The position numbers and the translations under genes were made by a program. 64,000 nucleotides of DNA. Origin: Takakia lepidozioides. Lineage: Eukaryota > Plantae > Bryophyta. Position 1 is the first letter of the stretch. The number at the start of each line of letters is the position of its first letter. The stretch spans positions 54,684,001 through 54,748,000 of the forward strand of contig CM060733.1 of NCBI GenBank assembly GCA_030704615.1, given 5' to 3'. Under the pieces are notes generated by a model that saw only the letters and a program-made list of their open reading frames with translations, was not told where the DNA came from and did no database searches. This document shows, piece after piece, positions 1 to 14,100 of this stretch.

Positions 1-2125
1 GATTCCACTGTCTTCCTCCCACAGAAGAAGACTCTCACTCATTCCAAATCCCAGTTTCCACTTTGGTCTCAGGATATTCCTACTGAGACTGCGGCTGCAT
101 TGTGATATATTGTCCCAGGATAAGTATCTAGTTTAGCTCCATGTGTATGGCAGCCCCACTCTGGCTCTTTGTGTTAGCCAGGGGCTCACTAGCTATATAG
201 TGGGTGGAGGTTTACCCCATATAGAGATGTAGGCATGGACAGTTCAGGGCAGGTTCGCTCTGACCATGTTGGTGGGCATTTAGGAGCTTTGGAGTGAGTA
301 GGGCAACTTGGGATGAAGTATCCCCCCCATAATTCACATCAGGAGCAGGAGCAGCAGTTATATGCTCCAAATCCAGAATGTGGAGGGCAGACACTCTACA
401 AAATTCTGCAAAAAAGCCAAAAAGTACTGGTCAAAGGTAAATTTGTCATGGGATAATTGATCTATTTTCAATCTGCGGCATTTTCTTTTGCAATGGTGAA
501 ATCTCCTGAAATTTTGTCACAACGTTCATCACGTCAGTAGAGATGACATTGTAGGGTTCAGCCCTGTGCATGTATGTGGGCAGGAAGATACAGACTGGCA
601 ATGCAGGGTATATACACTTTCTGTCCAAAACTGCTGGACTTTAGCTTGTCCTGTAGGATTAATCTCACGTACATTGCCGATGCATTAGTGCGTAGTCTGC
701 TGTTATCAAGCTTACATGCCACTTACATGAAGGTTCTGAAGCTGCCGAGAATCGGAAGTAGTGTATCTTCATCAGAGAACAGCCCAGAAAGTTACAGGAA
801 AGTAAGAAAAACAGGTACAAATCTCGTGGCGGAAGAACTGCCATGTTCAATACTAAAATGGTTAGATGGCTGAATTATTGAGATATTAACTTCTTCAATA
901 CGTCAACACAAATACATCTTCACAAATTTTGGAAGTGTGGGATCCACATCCAACCAAAACATGATAATAGCTTACCTAACAGTCATCACACTAAGAAATC
1001 AAACAGAGCATTTGAACTAAGGAGAACCATTTATTGTAGGACTACTATAAAACATTTGATACCCAATCAGGGTTTTAAGGATAACGATACATTATACCCC
1101 AATGACTACATTATATGTAGATGGACATGTTCCATGGATGTATAATGTAGTCCACAGGGTATAATGGAGCAGGGTGCATTCCTACCTTGCAAGCCCTGGT
1201 AAATGATTGTCTGTTTGGGCTCCTGACATGGTGGATCCCGTTCAATTGTAAGATTGATGCGTTGAACCGGAAACTTTGTCGTTCAGGCCAAGACCCTCTG
1301 TCATCAGCGCTACCAAGCAAGCTCTCCCACAACGTCTGAATAGGCCATCATGTCTGCACTCAACAACATTCAGGTGTCACAAGTCAGATCCCATCTAACC
1401 CTGGTAACGTTGTCATGTACAAGATCAAAGGGGGAGAAACGATTCTGAGGAAGTGCTGTACTAGAACTCAAACGATAGCTAGATTGCATTGTGTGTGCAC
1501 AAACTATGTCTTGATTTTCTGCTTCATTGAGTGATAACTGAGAAAACAAAGGGAGCAACTAACTATCTGCTACCTTTGAGCTGCTTCATTTGCTCTCTTA
1601 AATTCACCCACAGTTTCCATCTTCTGAGCATTCTTGATTCGGATGCCCCTACCTATTGTGATCTTGTTCATCACAATGGCAATCCCTGAGTGTGCTGCAA
1701 GAAGATGCTCATGTGCAGAGGTATGGCAAGGTCAAGTGGAAACACTTTCGCAAATTACCCTTTGGCTTCGGCTTGTGTCTTCTCTCTCTCTTTCTGCATG
1801 TTCCAAGCTTTGCTTTCCCATACACACCTGCTCTCCAAGACCTGTAATCTAACATGAGATTCCAAGAGATCTCACAGAAAAGCCGTACTACTGTGTACAT
1901 GGGGCAATGGAACAGTAGCTCAGCAGCAGTGAAATCTCATCCCTAGGAAATCCATGTCTGCTGAAGCTCCATCTTCAGAATTATCTGGTTGCTAGCCACT
2001 GTACTCCAACACGTAGTCAAGCGGATGTTTGAAGTCCCATATTTAGTGAAGAGTCTACCGCCGCATTCCATACCAGCAATCTGGAGAGCAAATGCAGCAA
2101 TAAAATGGGAGCACCATGGTCACCC

Positions 2126-5100
2126 TCAAGTAAATTTCTTATCTTCCTTGACTGCAGATATCTCATGGACAATGATATCCATCACTTCCCGAAGTTGCTT
2201 GGTCATGTGCTTATATACATTCTTCGTGATCTTCTTCTGAAACTCAGTACTCTTGTGCCACGCAACCCCCACAAATGCTTTTACTTGGCTGGATGCTGGA
2301 TCTGTAGACAAGGTCTCGATCTCCCTCCTTACTTGTACCTATAGTCACAACCACACTGCAATAATGGTCACAGTGCCAAATAACCTTGCCATAACCATGC
2401 ACATTGCTTCCAACCAGCAAAGGTTCCCAGTCTGCTTTCCAGAACCTACTTCGATGATCTCTTTTCTCTCTTCGTGGAAAAGAGGGAGGAGAGACTTCTC
2501 AAGTACAGAGCAATGTTCTGCCACTCACTTTTAGATGAAGCTATGAAATCATCTACACATTTCCACAACAATAACTGTGTGCACACAGAATCTCACACAA
2601 TTGACTACAAAGGTGCAAGACAAGCACACATCTGCACGAAGGCACAGACACACCACATAGAAGGTCCTTTGGCACAGAAAATGAGACAACAATTTTCATT
2701 TCAGTGACATGATTGGGTTTGGGATGACAGCTACCTGAAAGTGGTCACCAAAGGGCACATCATGAAGCGTGAGAAGTTCGTCAACTACAACTTTCCTCAA
2801 ATCTTCAAATACAGTTTTCTGCTGACTGCATGAGACTTTGGTTCCAAACTGACTTAAATGATGATTAAGGCTGTAGCTCAGTTGTCGCCGATCAACCGCA
2901 GGCCTATCTTGGACATGCTCCCATGGAGTGGCCTTGTAGTTAATAAGACCAAGTTTCTCATTGACAACCTCGTCCATGTTCTCCTTCTCATATAGTATCA
3001 GGACAGCTTCAGCCTGCCAGAATTAAAACAACGGGAATTGCTGACAAGTTCACCATTCTGCTATTTAATCCGGAAAGCCATGGACGCCAATCCACAAACA
3101 AAGCATAGTACCTTCACCCACATCTAACACATTCCTGCCCTTCTGCAATACTTTGGAGCATGGAACTGTTAGCATGGTAGTTGGAATCACCGTGCTACTG
3201 GCTTATCTATTTGAAAAGACAAAACACAGCTTGTATGAGAGTACGCATCCCTCTGTCTTCCTTCTTCCCTCCCACTCACTCTCTTTGGTGGCTGTTTGGA
3301 GTGAGTTTGGCAGACCTCCCTTAACCTTTTCGACGTGATAAATTCAAGATCAGATGTGGGGTCAGTTGAATCGCATGTCTAATACCAGACACTAAGATAA
3401 TCAACCGTAATACTTGGAAGCAAGACCATCCTGTTAAACAGGCGAAGTCTTGGAGGAAAAGGGTATCGGAAGAAGAATTGACCCAAGCTGACCTGGAGGG
3501 GGTTGTGTACCATGTCTGATACCCCAAGACTGTCCGATGAAAATGGCGTTAGGCATAAAACTACCCTGAATTTGTTTCCAGTGACATGGGCAAGGACCTT
3601 AAGGATGATTTGAAGAGCCTACCTACCCTCGGCACTAGAAGAGGAAAAGGAGATTGTAGTTGCCAGATGTGCAGGCAACCTGAGACAATATCCATTTTCA
3701 TACATTGTCCGGGGTATTCGCACCAGAGAGTGAACCTCTTCAGGAACATCAAGAACATGGTTTCTGCACCCCACTTTACCAACTTAAAAATCTCGAGGCT
3801 AAACCTAAAGCCTTGGCCCTGTTGGGGTCTAAGTTTTGGGCTGCTCACACACAGCAGATTGATGCGTGTGTGAAGGGCTTTCTAGAGGATATTGGAAAGA
3901 CCCAAACTAATTGTTTATATCAAGGTAAGACACTGCTGGAGTGAGCCCCTCACGAAGGTAGTGCCTACTACATATGTTTCTGTCCAGACTGGGCGCGGTG
4001 GTCTATGGCCACAAGGCCATGGCAAACAAAATCTTAGGAGTACTTTCTTTTGCCACCTCCCTCTCTGATCCTTTCGTTTCCCCTTTAATCTGTTGCTTTT
4101 TGCAAAGGCCAGACGCAGCCCTAGGCAATGTAGTCCCGTCTTCAACAATTTAGTAGGCGACAGATGAGGATGACTGAGAGAAGTTGCTTACTGTGAGGGG
4201 AATTTCAGCCACCACAACCTCTGACATATTAGCCTCCTCCACCCCCAAAAAGCGCTCAGTGTCATCTGCCTGCTTCTCGGCCACAGCATACTTCATTTCA
4301 CCTGCCTGCATGCTCGCTACAATTTCCACCTGCTGCTCAGGGCTCAGATTCCGGTTCTTCCACAGAGCAATGACTGTTCTGCAATTTTCCCGCCAACATA
4401 GGGGCAATTGTGTTGGTACAGATTTCATGGTGTCTACAAGAAAATCTAGGAGAAGAAAAGACAACTCAGTGAATGATCAATGACAAACCTTGGCTTCCCA
4501 TATCATTTTCTCAATACGTGGAAGTGATTGACAAAAGTGAAGCATGGAACATACCACGCGACATACTGAAGCTTTCAATCTACGTAAAAACCTGCCTCAG
4601 AAATTTTAGTGTAAATGAAGACCCCCTTATTCCCGTAATTTCCTGCCTTACATCCCAGGTACGCCTGTAAGGTGATGCCTTACGCGTGTAAGATGATCCC
4701 GGGCCCTTACATGTGTAAGCACCCGTAAGGTTCTTTTTCTTTTCTTTTTCGTTTTATACTAATTAGATTTTGATACGTAAGTTGTGTGCAGGCGTTGCAG
4801 CGGCACGGTTTCCACGGCGAGGAATGCCTACGTGTCAATTTTCCACAGACGGTTTTTATAGCCCTCAATTTTTGGAAGTCTCTTGGGAGGGAACTTTCCA
4901 CTATACGTAAATACATATCCATGTGGCTTTCAAGTTTAGGTTTGATCTACATAGAGGAGAAGTTAGCACCTGAAAGCAGAGCCTGGGCGAACAAATGACA
5001 GGAACTGAAACTTCAGTCGACCCCTCCCGTCTATGCCTCGTGCTCCATGACGGGCATCATGACCCCGGCCTTTGCGCAGCAAAATCACAAGTGATGGATT

Positions 5101-8100
5101 GATTGCCTGGGCTACAGTCTCTTTGATCTCTTCAATGTCCTCCCAAAGGAGAGTGAACTTTGTCTTGTGGCCAAAAAGGTTGGAGTAAAATCCCAATAAA
5201 CGAGGAGACAGAAACACACGTCCCTGAAATAGCGAATGGTGTCAATGTACTGCATGATATGATACATTGCAGCTGGAATCGTGACTCATCCAACTCAAAG
5301 ACGTCAAACAGCAGGCAATTTACTGCCTGAACATTTGACAAGCACATCAGCCTCTGCCGAAATCCAGCAATTCATCAAGTAACGCCCTAATGTTTTCATA
5401 TACAGACCGCCCACAATCTGAGCCCTAATAAGACAACGTAAGTGCTTGATCTACAACAGTTGAATCAGATTTAAGATGCAAGGGTACTTTTAGAACAGAC
5501 TACTCAGAAAATCAAAAGAGTTGGTAGGGACTGGATCAGTGTCCAAACCTGAATAGGAATTTTGCGCTTGATGGCACAGGCAAAATCATTGATAAGAAAC
5601 TCTTCGGCAGGCAGTGAGAACATCTTTTGAAAGGTTGCATTTCTTTGTGCAGATTGCTTCATAACCTACAGGCATTGCCCCAACCTTTGGTCAACTCAAG
5701 TTTCAGACAAAGGTGGAGCCAAAAAGGGTGTGGGAGAGAAAGAGTAACAGGGGAAGGTAAGGTGGGGAGCTGGAGAGAGGGCCACACCTTAGTTCCGACT
5801 TCCCTCTCTACCCGCTCAAGGTACTCAGGCAGGGCGTCAGTTTCTCTGGTATTGGTCAAAAACACACGTAAATGAAGCCGTGACCCATGAGCTCGTGCAT
5901 TCTTGCCGGCCAAAGAAAGCCAAAAGTCAGACAAGTCGGCAGGGCTTTGCTTCAAGAAATTGATTTCAGCGTGTCCAAGTGATTCTGCCTCGGCAAATGG
6001 ACCATCGTAATCAAACACTTCAACATCCATGGTGGATGGAGGATCTTCTGTTGCATCAAACTCAAAAAGTTCTGGCACACACAAGTTCACCACATTGACA
6101 TAAATAATCCGCTAATATCACAACATAGAAAATGTAATGCTCTGGATCATTTTCTTTGCAAGAGGCAGCAAAACAATTGATGCCTATCAATCACTTACTC
6201 TTCTGTACTAAGAAAACTCCAGTTTTAAAGATGGTTTAGTGCTATGTCTCTGATAGAACTGATCAGAAGAGTGTGTACTGATGTGCACAGATCAAGGTGA
6301 TGAAACAGATAGAGTGGAAGCAAGTGAAAGGAAAGAACAACAAAGCACCCAGATAACTAAGACAAAACAGATAAGAGTGTGTTCCCAGTAGAAGAGAAAT
6401 CTGATAAGAGTATAAACAAGGGTCAGCCGTACCACGCCAATGGGGATTGAGGGTGCGCAATTTAACCGAACTTGTTCGTGTCTTTCCATTGCATGTGAAT
6501 ACAACATATGGGTTTGAGAAGTCGGAAGATTCACTCGGGGTAAGATTTTCTCCCTCAATCAATGTTACAGTTGTCAGCCACCCATCGCCCCTAGCCTTCA
6601 CACCATGATCTCCAGCTGCATCTCCAGAGGAAACCAATCCATATTCTTACAGATGGTCTAAATCTTGCGGTGAGTTTAACTACCAACCAATCTGCTTTGC
6701 TTTGATACAACTTCCCTCATTTTCTGATGTGAGTTCTAGCAACACACGAACGCAAGCCCAGCCACAGCCACAGTGATCAAAGAACTCAAATGCAGCTTAG
6801 CACTTACATTGCCAGAACCGGGCTCGGACAAATTGATAGATCATTTTAGCCACACGCTCAACTTGCAAAACCACAACTGCTGCTGTGATCAGTTCTGTGA
6901 ATGAATCCGGAAGATCAAGTCCCCAGAATTCAAGACCCCCCTTCTGGTGGGGAGGGCTACACCAGATGTGCACGACCACAAACAGAACTGTCAATATGGC
7001 GAGCAATACACTGTACTTCCCGAAGTAATCCCACGCTAATGCCCAGTCACTTATGGGGCTCTCGTCTTCCTGGACTGCAGCCAATGCTGCCTTTGAAATC
7101 AAATCACCAGAGATGGGTCTGGCAAACTTGGACAGTATCTGCAGAGGGGTATGGATACCTGAGAAACTTTCAAACAGAGAGATCCCTCAGTCCCTCCCCT
7201 TGTCTTCTCAGCAACCAAAATCTCACGAGTACCGCTCTTCCTGAGGTATACATCCATGTCTACTTAAATGGAACACAGGACCTATGAGGTGACTTCATTC
7301 ACTACAGCTACAGAATGCAGACTCCAGGATGCCTTGACACACCCAACACAACCTCACAACCAACATCCAGCGTTACTGAATCAGCAACAAAGAAAAGACC
7401 ACCTGTGTGGGTTAAATCTGAAGAGCAGCCAACCAAAACATGCTTTCTTTTTGTCATCAATTTAGGTGTATGCCAGTACTGTCCTCTTAGTGACTTGTGG
7501 AGTTCTTTCCTGTTATTTACCTGGGACTAAAGGTTGGCAACAGAGAGCACAGAGAAACACTGTACAGACAGATGAGCACAAATCGAAAGAGGAAAAACAA
7601 AAGGTATTTTAGAGCACATCAGCAAGTACAGATTGAAAGTGGGAAGGCTGTCCGACAATGAAGCATCAACCTCACCTCTCTGAAAATGTCATAGCTCTCC
7701 TTAATTCCCTGACGTGCGCCACTCTCAATCATGCCCTTCATCATTGTGTTATGTAGGAAGTTAACCCTCCATGATATTTCCAGGCGGCAGTTCTTCTCTC
7801 CATTAGGCAACTCCTTGCACGCGGCAATGGTTATCTGCAACCATCCAGTTAGTCAGCTTACAGATATTCGGCACTCTGTTTGAAAGTATATTCCAGGGAG
7901 AAAGAAATGAAATGATATGTATAACATCCAGGGAAAGCTCAAAACGCACATGAAACAGGACAAAGGAGGAGCCCTCTACAAGCAGCCTAAAAATATGAGA
8001 ATCAGTGCTCGTGTAGACATGCTGCCAAGCATTCTGATCTTTGCAATAGAAGACCTCAGTGAGAGATTGGCTATCTCAGAATAGATGATAGTATCTCCCC

Positions 8101-11100
8101 TGCATCTCATAGAAAATGTACTCATGAGACGTTGTATCCCATAGTCTTGGGGCCATAGACCCTGTGCCCAGTTTGGCAAAACAAGAGGGAGCAGACACAA
8201 CCTTTGTGAGGCCTACTCCAGTAGTGGGACTTACCTTGGTATAAACAATTGGTTCAGGTTTTTCACATTTCCCCTAGAAAGCCCTTCACAACAGCATCAA
8301 TCTGTTGTGTGTGAGCTGCCTGGCGATCAGACCCCAACAAGGCCGGGGCTTCAGGCTATCCTTGAGACTTTGAAAGTTGGTGAACAGAGGTGCAGGGACT
8401 GTGCTCTTGAAGGTCCTGAAGAGGGTCAGATCTCATAGACATGAAATGATAACATCCACGAAAGCTCAAAGAGCTCATGGGACAAGAGGAAGAAAGAAAC
8501 AAGAGAGAGAGAGGGGCCAAAAATAACCCAAAAGCAACAAAGGAAAGAAATGAAATGAAATGGTACTTTACAGCATCCGCGGAAAGCTCAAAGAGCTTAC
8601 GGGACAAGAGAAAGAACGAAAAAAAGAAACTTTCTACAATGCAGGGGGCCTTCAGCACAAAGTACAACAAAAACACAAAAGAGTCAAAATGTCACGTGAA
8701 GACAAAGTTCCTCACAAGAGAGAGAGAGATTGTACTCATAAGACGTTGTTTGCCGTAGCCTTGTGGCCATTGACCCCGCGCCCAGTTTGAGCGGGAACAA
8801 ACGGGACAGAACCTACCTCTGTCAGGGGCTGACGTTGGTAGTAAGACTTACCTCCATACATAGAATTAATCCGGGTTTTCCAGATATCCTCTAGAAATCC
8901 CTTCACACAAGCATCAATCTGCTGTGTGTGATTTGCCCAAAAACTAGGCCTCAGGAGGGCCTGGGCTTTTGGCTCAGCCTTGAGACTTTCAAAGTTGGTA
9001 AACAGGGGTACAGGCACAATACCCTTAATAGATTTGAAGAGAGCGTCTCTTTGGTGAGAGAACCCCGGACAGTGTATCAGAAAATGAATACTGTCTTCAG
9101 ATTGCCCACACAACGGGCAATTGCACTCTCCCTTTCCTCTCTGCTTCTGTTTGCTGTTCAAAGGTAGGCTTCCTGCCCTGAGTTTAACTTTCAGTCTAGT
9201 GCCGAGAGTGGGTAGACCCTTGAGGTCATCCAAGATGTCCTCCCCCATGTCACAGACTGGAAACCAGTTCAGGGAAGTTTTCTGCCTAACTTCATTTTCA
9301 TCAGACAATCTCATGGCAACAGACATGGCTGAGGACACTACAGCCTCTAAGTCAGATTTATCCAGCAGGGTCAAGACTTGCGGATCCAGGTCCAGGTCCT
9401 TGAGGATCTCTTCTACTCTCTTCTGCCAGGACTTAGCCTGTTTGACAGGGCGGTCCTGTTTCCAAGATATAGAGTCGATTAACTTAGGATATCTGGTGTT
9501 GGGCATATGTTGCAACTGACCCCACCATCTGACCTTGAATTCATCTCGTCGGGAGCTTAAGGACGGAATGCCAAACTCACCCCGAACAGCCACATTGGCT
9601 GTTTTGGAGCATGCTGACATACACTCCTTAAGCACCCCCACTTGAATGGATTCTAGAGACTTAGTCTGGTTGGAGTTATCAACCCATATAGCAGATCCGT
9701 ACTCCAAGGCAGGTCTAATAACGCAACAAAGCATGGTTTTCTTAACCTCAGAGTTGACCCCTCTGCAGTGGAAAAATTTAGTGAGCCCCAGAGCTTTGCC
9801 CTTGCCAGTTTGAACAACTTTCCGGATATGTGCATCCCAATTACAATTGGAGGAGAACTCAACGCCCAGGAAAGTGTAGGAAGGGAGGACCGGGATCTCT
9901 TGGCTACCCCACTGCCACTTAAGATCACTTCCTCCCTCTCCTCTGTCGTTGAATGCTACCACTGCACATTTGCTGACATTAGCCTCTAGCCCCCAAAGAT
10001 CAAAGTATCTCTTCGCGCAATCAATCAACTCCTGGTGATTGGTTGGAGTCTCCCCTATGCCTGCGAAGTCATCTGCAAACATAAGGGCTGGTATGGTGGT
10101 ATCACCCACCCTTAACCCAAATCCCTCACTTTCCACATCCTCGAGGAGTTGATTGATGAAAACATTGAAGAGCAGAGGGGAGAGAGTACATCCTTGAGCT
10201 ACACCTTGGTCTATGTCAAAGAAGTTGGACTTCTGTCCGTTAGCTGTGTCACTGTTAACGGAAGGAGAGAGAGAGAAAGAAAGAATGAAAGAGACTTTAT
10301 AATGTCCATGGGAAGCTCAAAGAACTTACGGGACAAAGGAGAACAGGATAAAAGAAAGACTAAGGCCGTCGAAAAGCAGCCCAGAAAGAGAACAAAGGGA
10401 GAAACTCATCATGTCCATGGAAGGCACAAAGGGCTCGAGGGACACAACTAGAGAGATTGTACTCATAAGACGTTGTTTGCCGTAGCCTTGTGGCCATTGA
10501 CCCCGTGCCCAGTTTGAGCGGGAACAAAAGGGACAGAACCTACCTCTGTCAGGGGCTGACGTTGGTAGTAAGACTTACCTCCATATAAAGAATTAATCCG
10601 GGTTTTCCAGATATCCTCTAGAAATCTCTTCACACAAGCATCAATCTGCTGTGTGTGATTTGCCCAAAAACTAGGCCTCAGGAGGGCCTGGGCTTTTGGC
10701 TCAGCCTCGAGACTTTCAAAGTTGGTAAACACAACTAGAGAGAGAGAAAGAGAAACATAATAATGTCCACAGGGCATCCTGAGGGCCCATGGGACAAAAA
10801 AGAACAAGACACCCCACATCACAGTAGGAGAGAGGAGATCACTATAATATCCAAGGGAAGCTGAAAGAGCTTATGGGCAAAGGAAAGCAGAGAAAAGAAA
10901 AGTGGGGCCCCAAACAATGAACCACCAGAACCAGAAAACTATAATTCAACTTTGAGAGATTCTAGCAACTCCATAATGGGATCCTGCCAAACAATGAGTC
11001 CTGGAATTACCAGTAAGAAAGGGACTGCCAATGACAGAATGAGAGAGACATAGAGAGAGACCTCAGGGTTTTTTGCACCTTATGAAGGCCTGTCATGGAC

Positions 11101-14100
11101 ACCATTGTCTGACCCATTCATTAACAAACAAGAAAGAACAAGGTAATGAGTGCACATTAAAAGCATCAATACATATACCTGAAGTTCCACTAAGAAATTC
11201 CCACCATAAGGAACATCCGGTGTTGCACATGAGACGGTAACAACAAAGCACTTGTCGTCAGCACGTGTGTATGTCTGCACTTCTGTGGCCTTAACTGCCT
11301 TCACCAATCTCGTGGCACCTTTAACGTACGTCAGTACCCTTTTCATGGGACCACCTTCTACTATTTTCCAAGGATCTTCTGTGTATTCAGTTGATCTTTG
11401 AGCCATAACCACATCTTGCATGAATTCTGATGCTGGCGTGAATATAATTCTGTTGAGTGCCTTGTGGCTAACAGCATACATTTGGTCCAGAACCACCCCA
11501 CCTGCCAGGGGCGCAGGGATATCTTCAGGAGAGGCCTCGACACTTAGGCCGTCGTCATCAAAGTAGGCGAGGGGTACTAAGTCAGCCTCATCATCACTGC
11601 TACCTTCACTCGCTTCAGAAAGTATCAGGACATCTGAGGACCTGCAGACGGCCATGAAGTGTACAGAACTTATCAACTTCATGCAACTTTAAAAACGGAG
11701 ATCCCAGGAATTTCTTCAACCGGAAACGAACCTTCAGAATTTCCGAATTTAGCAGTTCACCACTTTAGTACAACTTTACAAACAACTTCACGACACACTA
11801 CAGATGTTCAACCCTTTCTCAATTCAATACTGTGATTCCACCATACCCCTCAAGATACAGATCCATAAGTGCTGTCCTTGGCCACAGACAACGAGAATCA
11901 ACTCCATGGCTTCATACGACTCAAGGTTGCTACTGACCTGTCAGAGAGCCGTGAGGATGCTGAGAGAGAGGTGGACTCCACCCCATGCTTAGGCTTTTTG
12001 AAAACAGATGAAATCCGGCTCGCTACTTTCTCTACATCTTTCCACTTCCGATTCTTTCTATGTCGCCTCTGCAAGGCACAAAACCTTTAACCAGGTCATC
12101 CTCAGGGTTCCGCTATATGATGCCTCTGGACAAACACTGTAATTAATCAAATTGATTTCAGAATGCTTTCCATACCTGCTTTCAACTTTACAGCTATGGT
12201 TCTATCTCACAGGAATGGCTGCCAACGAAGTGCACAAAATGTGGAACATAAGTCCAATTTGGTGTTCCATTGTGTCCATGGTGACAAGCCTGGAAACATA
12301 AACCTCATGATGTTTACAGCAGTTTAGATGCTGTGACTAGTCATAGGCTTGCTGACAGACAAATAAACTTCACGTATGAAAACTTCAATGATGAATTCAA
12401 TGATTTACACACTTGGCATCACATTCTGAGAATCATAGGTCCATTATACAGATTTTGTGTATATGACGAAATAGAAAGTTACTGGTTGTTGACTTTCAAA
12501 GAGTAGTTGAATTACAGAAGGCAACGGCAGGTGCCACTACGGCCATCTTGGTTCTACCCCTCAAGGAAAAAACGAGAAACCTCATGATCTCTTATGGTTT
12601 CTTAATTTCTATGGTTAGTCTGTTTCTTCTGTGACTCTACGTTGTGCTCAACGCATCCAGCAAAGGAAATAAAATTTTAAAAAAAAGAAAAAAGAAAAAA
12701 ACTTTTTTCTTACCTGTTAGAGACTCCGAGTCTAATGTATTTTGATGTTGGGGTTTTCTTGTCGTTCTACTTGTCCCTTGGAACCTAGGGGCCCTCTATA
12801 CAAATTATAAGTTTCTCTCTCTCTTTTTTGTCTCTCTCTTTGTGTACCAACCCCCCACATCCTTCTAGCCCGGAAAGCATATGGAAATAGTGTTTTGTTA
12901 GGCTAGAGCAGTACTCTACAGGCAGCTGGGACGCGCTTGGACATATGCACTCAAAAAATTCAGAGAAATTGATACCACTCACATTTACCTGCATACTTGG
13001 GGAGATTGGGGGATCCACAAGGTTAGACCCATCTGTAGAACTAAGACTCTCCATCGAACTCGAGCGTGAAAGTGTGGCATCTTCAGGAATACTTGCAACA
13101 GATGGGCTGTCCTCCATGTTGGCAAGGGTTCTAACAATCGAGGATGAATTTATTTTGGCACTATCCTCTCTGCCATATAAAGAGAGACTTAACAAGATCT
13201 CACCTGCAGCGAACCAAGAGAGATCATTCACAATCTATACAATTCCAGGCAATTTCAACTTGACTTATTTCAATACTCCAGGATTAGATATCAAGGTAGC
13301 CAACATGAGCACTTTAGGGTTTCGTAAAGACACATTTATTTTGACATGTGCTTACAGGCTAACTGAGGTTGAAAGATGTCCCCTTGCAAAGTCTGAAGGA
13401 CAGACACAGCCACACAAATTATATTAAGGAGAAAGTTCATTGTTGGTCTGGTCCAACAGAAGTCACAGGCATCCATATGGATAATCCTCTGTGCAAAGAG
13501 TACTTTGAGGCAGCTGCAATTGCTGTCCAAATTTGTTAGCGGGCTGTGCGACAAAAATTAAAATTTTGTCAGTGTATTTGTCTAAAATCCAGCTCAAACA
13601 AATTGAACTCTTCAAACAGCATCTACGGTTCCAATTGTAAATCACGCTTCAGTTAAACTATGTTTTAACTGGGAAGGTAGCCTCGACAAGGTTGCTCAGT
13701 GCCTCATCACCCTGAAAGTCATTGTACATACAATGAACCAGATTGGTAATAAAAGATAGGAGCTGACAGACTCTGTACCACAGCCAGACAATTGGAGTGA
13801 CCAAAAAGAAATATGAGTGATGATGACTGCTCCAAACCCTAGGGACCTGAAATGTAGAGGAAGAGAGACAGCAACCATTCCACATCCTCAAACTTACCCG
13901 TGACTGCATGTTTGGACTTCTCACTTCGCTTCTGGAGAGGATACCATGCCCGTAACAGCGTTTGCTTATCCGCGTTCAAGACCTTGAAAACAGGAATCCT
14001 GACCTGCCCCAAAAAGTCATCAGTGAACCGATCCTGATCCCACACCATGATGCTTAGCTCCTCATCTAAGTCGGCTACAGTGAAGAAAAAATCTTCGTTC

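Larger units (their letters stand above)
7900..10940 (-). repeat. Stack of short retroposon-like 3' ends (family B, core TTGTCCCRTRRGCYCTTTGAGCTTYCCRTGGAYRTTAT plus TC/TTTC tail) interleaved with LINE-A copies
   Basis: The ~45-bp core recurs near 7921, 8449, 8570, 10299, 10408, 10760 and 10845, always in the same orientation and next to a purine-rich (GA/GAAA/GAAAT) tail on the + strand. Confidence 0.6.

Noticed and set aside
1-2000. Possible further exons or gene downstream of the C2-GRAM stop
   Set aside because: Some splice-like sites exist but no translation resembles a protein family I recognise.
4550-4925. MITE-like insert with repeated CTTAC..GTAAG hairpins
   Set aside because: No convincing terminal inverted repeat or TSD could be fixed.
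12713-12784. Extra exon of the C2-GRAM gene (AG...GTAAG on the - strand)
   Set aside because: Contains an in-frame stop, has a weak acceptor and derives from an antisense family-B repeat; the flanking exons join in frame without it.
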